From Candidatus Hermodarchaeota archaeon (GTDB taxonomy: Archaea > Asgardarchaeota > Thorarchaeia > Thorarchaeales > Thorarchaeaceae): a DNA stretch of 10,600 nucleotides. The notes beneath the pieces are model-generated. The model saw nothing but the letters and a program-made list of their open reading frames with translations. It had not been told where the DNA came from and made no database searches. Made by a program: the position numbers and the translations under genes. Positions 6,029-10,600 of this stretch are shown piece by piece; the first letter of the stretch is position 1; the number at the start of each line of letters is the position of its first letter. The DNA lies in contig JBHLLF010000075.1 of NCBI GenBank assembly GCA_048885865.1, positions 1 to 10,600 on the forward strand, in the 5' to 3' direction.

Positions 6029-6673
6029 CTACGCTAAAGCCTTGAACACTCGAGAAGCCAGGAACCAACTTATGTTACCGAGCATCTCATGGGGTTGGTA
6101 GTATATCGAGTTCTTGTCGTAAAGCAATCGAACGTTCGCTGGAAATTCCTCGTCTGCTTCGTCGAATATGAGCAGGACCTTCACCTTGGGGAGAAACTCC
6201 AGCTCAAATCCCGCATCTCCATGGTCAACCCTCTCTGCTCCAAGTCGTTCTAAGGTTTCAAACAGCTTTTCCTTCTTCTCTACAAAGACAGATGTCAGTG
6301 CCTTGACATCCTCTTCATCAAACGAATATCTGCATGCCCATGACCCCTGAAGGGCATTGTACTTTGACCATTCACCAGCAACACCATTGTCTTTCGCTTT
6401 TGTATAATAATAAAGGTGAGGAATCAATATGCTAGTATTGACTTCTTTGCCTGTCAGCAAGTCTTCAGTCTTCCCGGTGTCGAAGTTAACCCGAAGTCCA
6501 AGGATGTCAAGATATCCTTCCTTGAGATTCAGGGTTTTCTTGAGTTTGACAATATCCTCCCCGAAATTGTCCCAGTTCCAGAAAGCGGAGCTCTTGTCGA
6601 AATCCTCAACATTGAACTTTGAAGCAAGTTCGCGCGCTTCCGCCATCCAATACTCTAGAATATCATCCGCCAT
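6029..6673 (-). CDS. DUF3786 domain protein
   Basis: C-terminal GDAGFELEFLPKVKVLLIFDEADEEFPANVRLLYDKN...PHE matches the DUF3786 signature (GD......LP..P......DEEFP....LFD). The region ILIPHLYYY...GEW..Y..L.G also fits. Confidence 0.85.
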   Translation of the reverse strand: MADDILEYWMAEARELASKFNVEDFDKSSAFWNWDNFGEDIVKLKKTLNLKEGYLDILGLRVNFDTGKTEDLLTGKEVNTSILIPHLYYYTKAKDNGVAGEWSKYNALQGSWACRYSFDEEDVKALTSVFVEKKEKLFETLERLGAERVDHGDAGFELEFLPKVKVLLIFDEADEEFPANVRLLYDKNSIYYQPHEMLGNISWFLASRVFKALA

Positions 6674-6720
6674 TGCAGGTCATCAGACCAATGCGGCAAT
6701 CATCTTTGTATCTTTGGTTA

Positions 6721-6734
6721 TGTCAAAATTGACA
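6721..6734. promoter_or_regulatory. Palindromic putative transcription-factor site between divergent genes
   Basis: TGTCAA-AA-TTGACA: perfect 6 bp arms with a 2 nt spacer, in the 145 bp DUF3786/GTPase divergent intergenic region. Confidence 0.45.
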
Positions 6735-6818
6735 GTTCATTCAATCGGCATAGACTCAAATAGCACAAACGTAAAATACCGCCTTAGTCCCCGAACATGG
6801 GCACGAGGAGGTCTTTAG

Positions 6819-7385
6819 ATGGTCACAGCACTTTTCAAAGTGATCCTAATGGGCGACGGCTCGGTAGGGAAGACAAGTCTTAGACGACAGTATATGGGTG
6901 AGGGCTTCAGAGCCAACTATATGATCACCATTGGTGCTGACTTCGCTGTCAAGAAGATGAGTCTTGAGGGCGGACATGATGTCAGCATTCAAATTTGGGA
7001 TCTTGCCGGGCAAGAGCACTTCAAGAATGTGCGTTCTACCTTCTATAGGGGTGCACAAGGTGCATTGGCTGTCTATTCCACCGTGGAACGTGCATCATTT
7101 GACAACATCGAAAACTGGCTTGACGAGTGCTGGAACAATGCAGGTAAGAAGATACCAATCGTTCTGATAGGCAATAAGATTGACCTCAGAGACCAGTTCA
7201 AGGACAACCCAGTGATGCAGCAGACCATTGTCACAACAGCGGAGGGTGAAGCTCTAGCGGGGCGGATTAGAGATCGCGGTGTTCACACAAGCTTTCTTGA
7301 AACCTCAGCAAAGACTGGCTATAATGTTGAGGCTTCTTTCCTCGAACTAGCTATTAAAATCCTAGAAGCGGGTGGTCTGACCTAA
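6819..7385 (+). CDS. Ras-superfamily (Rab-like) small GTPase, Asgard eukaryotic-signature type
   Basis: G1 GDGSVGKTS, G2 YMITIGADF, G3 WDLAGQE, G4 NKID, G5 ETSAK. RabF-like motifs IGADF, SIQIW, HFKNV, FYRGA, LAVYS. Strong SD GAGGAGGT at 6805-6812. No C-terminal Cys prenylation motif (ends LEAGGLT). Confidence 0.95.
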   Translation: MVTALFKVILMGDGSVGKTSLRRQYMGEGFRANYMITIGADFAVKKMSLEGGHDVSIQIWDLAGQEHFKNVRSTFYRGAQGALAVYSTVERASFDNIENWLDECWNNAGKKIPIVLIGNKIDLRDQFKDNPVMQQTIVTTAEGEALAGRIRDRGVHTSFLETSAKTGYNVEASFLELAIKILEAGGLT

Positions 7386-7412
7386 CCGATTTACACTCTA
7401 GGCGAAGCAGTC

Positions 7413-7811
7413 ATGGCATTAGGCGATTTTCTCTTTCCACATCTTGAACTGAAATTAGTGATAGCCCACTCCTTTGAGGTTGATATTGAAGCTGAGAAAG
7501 ACAAGAAGTCAAAGGAGTATCAAGACCTCGCTGCTCGAGCTTCTTTCAGCAAGAGTGATTTCCAGAAACTGGGCATCAAGGAGAGTGGCTCTGTCACCAT
7601 GAAATCCGACACTGCTCAAGTCGTTGTAAGTGGTTATGTTGATGAACGGCTTGAGGATGGTGTGGCATCAATGCCTCGTGGTCCTTGGGCTTTTTCACTT
7701 GTAGCAGTCCCTGCAGATAGTTCACCCCCAAAGATGCATGGCATTAAGATTACAGTTACAAAGACAGATGATAAAGTCACTTCTCTTGACTCGCTGCTGG
7801 AGGCCCCCTGA
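7413..7811 (+). CDS. FwdD/FmdD-like molybdopterin-dinucleotide-binding (double-psi barrel) protein, divergent
   Basis: K.S.EY...AA...S.SDFQKLGIKESGSVTMKSDTAQVVV......L.DGVASMPRGPWA...P...GI.ITV..TD..V..L..LL follows the FwdD pattern over the full length (~130 aa), but several conserved residues differ. Confidence 0.8.
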   Translation: MALGDFLFPHLELKLVIAHSFEVDIEAEKDKKSKEYQDLAARASFSKSDFQKLGIKESGSVTMKSDTAQVVVSGYVDERLEDGVASMPRGPWAFSLVAVPADSSPPKMHGIKITVTKTDDKVTSLDSLLEAP

Positions 7812-9129
7812 TCTTCTCAACAACCTTGTCCAGTTGACCCCTTTCCACTTGCAGGGTTAACCTAGGACTTGACTTAAGGAGGTTCAGTGTATGCCTTGCA
7901 ATTTTAATGGCCTTCTCACGAATGGCATCATCCTCTTCCCATCCCTGCCCCTCTCGTATATTGACTCGTGCCCTCTCAGCAGCTAGAACAGTTATCTCTC
8001 TCTCGAAGAGCCCACTCTTGGGCGGATCCTTGCCAATGACCGCCTCGAAGAACAGTCTACGTGCCTTCTCCCATTCGCGCACTTTCTCGAGTTGCTGAAC
8101 ATTGTAACCCTCACGTTTAGTCTCCAGTACGTCGTACGGACAGGAGTGCTCACATGCACCACAGTAGACGCAGTTGTCAGTTATGTCAATCTTATCATCG
8201 GTTCCTGTGGGATAGATGGCTTTGACTGGGCAAATGTTGAAACAATTATGGCAGCCAACCGGGTCGCACTTGTCACGCCTTGCGACGACAACCTCTCCAG
8301 AGAACGGTTTTGTGACTTCAAGAGCATCATATGGGCAGACCTGAGCACAGAGTCCGCATTTGACACAGGTTTCATCATTGTGCCGTAATTCGCCTGATAT
8401 GGTTGGGTCTTTGATGGTTCTGGGGCTTGACTTAGTGCATTCGACACTAATCGCCTCATCTGGGCATATCTTTGCACACAATCCACAGTAATCGCATTCT
8501 TCGTCGATGGCTCTGATACTCACTGCTGGTCTGAAGTCCGGCGGCTCAGCTGACTCTGACCAATAGATTTTGATGGCTTCTGGGCATAGGAGTTCACAAA
8601 GCCCACATAGGGAACACTTGTCCTCGTCTATCTTTATCGTGCCCTCAGCTGACTCCTCGCCTTCGTACTTGACTAAGTCCTTCTTCCACTCGATCTTGAC
8701 TTCAGCTTGCAGGGAACCAGTTGGGCAGACTTTTTCACAGAGAAGACATGGGGCGCATTTCTCATCATCTATAGTATGAACACCGTCGATGTCAACAAAG
8801 TCGTTGACTGCTCCCTCGCCTTCATACCTGGCTTCAAAGGCCTTGAAGATGCAAGAAGAGTCGCAGAGTCCGCAAAATGTGCAGAGATCAGGATCAACAT
8901 TCACTAATGGTGCTCCTTCGATTCTTCCTGCTGCAGTTTCTTGAACTGGTCCGAGCGTAATTGCTTCCCAAGGGCAGGGCAGACATAGACTACAGCCCAC
9001 GCACTTGTCAATTGCATGGTCGAGAGTTTTCTTTAGAAGAGAAGTCTTCCATTCGAGTTTGACTTTTCCCTCCTCGATGTCCATGGATACGACCGGCTTC
9101 TCACCAACAATGACGTTTCGTCGTTCCAT
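7777..9129 (-). CDS. fwdF: Polyferredoxin with eight [4Fe-4S] motifs, FwdF/FmdF-like
   Basis: Eight Cys motifs: CVGCSLCLPCP, CTFCGLCDSSC, CAPCLLCEKVCP, CSLCGLCELLCP, CDYCGLCAKICP, CVKCGLCAQVCP, CDPVGCHNCFNICP, CVYCGACEHSCP. Likely start is ATG 9129 (SD GGAGGT at 9142-9137) rather than TTG 9144. Confidence 0.8.
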   Translation of the reverse strand: MERRNVIVGEKPVVSMDIEEGKVKLEWKTSLLKKTLDHAIDKCVGCSLCLPCPWEAITLGPVQETAAGRIEGAPLVNVDPDLCTFCGLCDSSCIFKAFEARYEGEGAVNDFVDIDGVHTIDDEKCAPCLLCEKVCPTGSLQAEVKIEWKKDLVKYEGEESAEGTIKIDEDKCSLCGLCELLCPEAIKIYWSESAEPPDFRPAVSIRAIDEECDYCGLCAKICPDEAISVECTKSSPRTIKDPTISGELRHNDETCVKCGLCAQVCPYDALEVTKPFSGEVVVARRDKCDPVGCHNCFNICPVKAIYPTGTDDKIDITDNCVYCGACEHSCPYDVLETKREGYNVQQLEKVREWEKARRLFFEAVIGKDPPKSGLFEREITVLAAERARVNIREGQGWEEDDAIREKAIKIARHTLNLLKSSPRLTLQVERGQLDKVVEKIRGPPAASQEK

Positions 9130-9133
9130 GGTC

Positions 9134-10600
9134 CTAACCTCCAACAGCTTCCTTCAGAGGTAGTTTTGCAGTAGGCTTTTCCACAATCTCTCTACCCAAC
9201 GGTCCGAGCCGTGTGATTCTGTTTACAAATCTCGTCACTTGTTCTGCGAAGCTATCCGCCTCAGAGGCTGAGGCACTGCCAAAGTACAGGCGACTTCCAT
9301 CGATTCCTGCAGCTCTGAGTAGCTCTCTCACTTTCCCCATTCTGTCTTGAGCATATCTGGCCCCTGATCGATAGTGGCAATCTTGAATGTGGCATCCCAT
9401 GACTGCCACTCCATCAGCACCCTCCGCAAATGCAGTCATCACAGTTTCTACATTCAGGCGTCCTGTACATGGCACCTGTATCGGAATCATGTTTGGCGGG
9501 TAAGTGATTCTTGCAGTTCCTGCTCTATCCGCAGCTCCATAGGCACACCATCTACAAAGATAACCGACAATAGCTGGTTTCAGAGGATTGTTTTCTATAG
9601 CCGCCTTTGTTGCGCTCAATAACTGTTCATTTGTGAGGCAGGGAAGATCGAGCGCCCCTGATGGACACGCTGCCGCGCACGAGCCACACCCTCTACAGGC
9701 AGCCATATTGATGGTTGGATGCTTTTCATCATTGAACGAGATTGCATCGGGCGTACAGGTCTGTTCACAAAGACGGCAGCTAATGCATAATGATGGGTCA
9801 AATGATGGAACACAAGCTTCTGTAATCACCTTTCCACTCGCGAGCAGAGTCTTGACCTTTGATGCTGCGAGTCCTGCATGAGCTACGGTGTCTGAGATGT
9901 CTTTTGGCCCTTGAGCCACTCCTGAGAGAAAGACGCCCTTTGTTGCGGTGGTACTAGGTCCTAGCTTGGGATGCTGTTCAAGGAAGAAGCCGTTCTCATC
10001 TAGCGGGACTTTAAGCAGTCTTGAAAGCGCGATGTTGCTTGGTTCAGCATCCATTCCAACCATAAGAACAACCAGATCTACATCCATCTCGAGGTGTCGC
10101 CTAAGTGTAATGTCTTCTGCGCGGATACTTGTTTGCCCCGTAACTGGGTCTAGAACTACCTCACCGACCGCACCTCGAATGAAATTGACCTTGTATTCCT
10201 TCGCTGCACGGACCTGCAGCTCTTCATGACCTTTCCCAAATGTTCTCATGTCAGAATGGAAGACATAGGCCTCTGCATCAGGGATCTGCTGTTTGATTTG
10301 GACCACTTCTTTCACAGAGGCAGTACAGCAGGCTCTGCTGCAGTACGGTCGCCCAAAACGCTCGGAACGACTACCTACACATGGGATGAATACAACCCTC
10401 CTGGGAGCCTGGCCGTTTGATGGTCTGACGAGCTTGCCCCCGCTTGGTCCGCCTGGATTCAACAGCCTCTCGAGTTCGAGTGATGTTATGACATCGGGAT
10501 TCTCTCCATATCCAAACTCCTCCACAATTCGGGGGTCGAAAGGCATGAAACCTGTTGCTGCAACAATGGCTCCCACAGTGACAGTTTCAGTGGACTCTTC
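9134..10600 (-). CDS. hdrA: Heterodisulfide reductase subunit A fused to a C-terminal MvhD ([2Fe-2S]) domain; 5'-truncated by the window edge
   Basis: Frame is open to 10600 (EESTETVTVGAIVAATGF...). HdrA motifs: GAIVAATG, DVITSLELERLLNPGGPSGG, CVGSRS...YCSRACC, DMRTFGK, GVAQGPKDI. Two ferredoxin motifs follow (CISCRLCEQTC, CRGCGSCAAACP), then the MvhD motifs CRWCAYGAAD, VPCTGR, GADGV...GCHIQDCHY, SASEA. Confidence 0.95.
   Translation of the reverse strand, partial: EESTETVTVGAIVAATGFMPFDPRIVEEFGYGENPDVITSLELERLLNPGGPSGGKLVRPSNGQAPRRVVFIPCVGSRSERFGRPYCSRACCTASVKEVVQIKQQIPDAEAYVFHSDMRTFGKGHEELQVRAAKEYKVNFIRGAVGEVVLDPVTGQTSIRAEDITLRRHLEMDVDLVVLMVGMDAEPSNIALSRLLKVPLDENGFFLEQHPKLGPSTTATKGVFLSGVAQGPKDISDTVAHAGLAASKVKTLLASGKVITEACVPSFDPSLCISCRLCEQTCTPDAISFNDEKHPTINMAACRGCGSCAAACPSGALDLPCLTNEQLLSATKAAIENNPLKPAIVGYLCRWCAYGAADRAGTARITYPPNMIPIQVPCTGRLNVETVMTAFAEGADGVAVMGCHIQDCHYRSGARYAQDRMGKVRELLRAAGIDGSRLYFGSASASEADSFAEQVTRFVNRITRLGPLGREIVEKPTAKLPLKEAVGG

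Noticed and set aside
2247-10420. Remaining short ORFs overlapping the EEP pair, propeller, DUF3786, GTPase, fwdF and hdrA genes (e.g. 2616..2858, 6429..6818, 8181..8486, 9588..9881)
   Set aside because: Antisense or alternate-frame shadows of well-supported genes, many with the Ser/Phe-rich composition typical of antisense reads.
9134-10600. Selenocysteine recoding in HdrA/MvhD
   Set aside because: The visible part has no in-frame TGA and all cluster ligands are Cys; the HdrA N-terminal half lies outside the window and cannot be assessed.

Overview
Archaeal chromosomal window, most consistent with an Asgard archaeon. This is inferred from a Rab-like small GTPase next to Hdr/Mvh/Fwd-type Fe-S genes, a PolB2 operon and archaeal SD/TATA signals; Thorarchaeia is plausible but not provable here. 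The left side, all on the minus strand, holds a PolB2-type DNA polymerase that runs off the left edge and is absent from the ORF track, its coupled arCOG07300-like partner, an acidic 118-121 aa protein with a PC4-like motif, and a DNase I-like EEP nuclease. The nuclease has an extra C-terminal domain that looks like a histone fold with an NF-YC/POLE4-type alpha3-alphaC tail. The regions upstream of the PolB2 operon and of the nuclease share a ~90 bp diverged, ungapped duplicated element (core 21/24 identical) with UV-box-like motifs. This suggests either a co-regulated DNA-damage module or a repeat-bounded inserted cassette. The middle holds two membrane-anchored proteins and a DUF3786 gene. 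The right side holds the Rab-like GTPase followed by a degenerate FwdD-like gene, converging on an FwdF-like 8x[4Fe-4S] polyferredoxin and an HdrA-MvhD fusion that runs off the right edge. All family assignments come from motif recognition by eye; no database searches were run.
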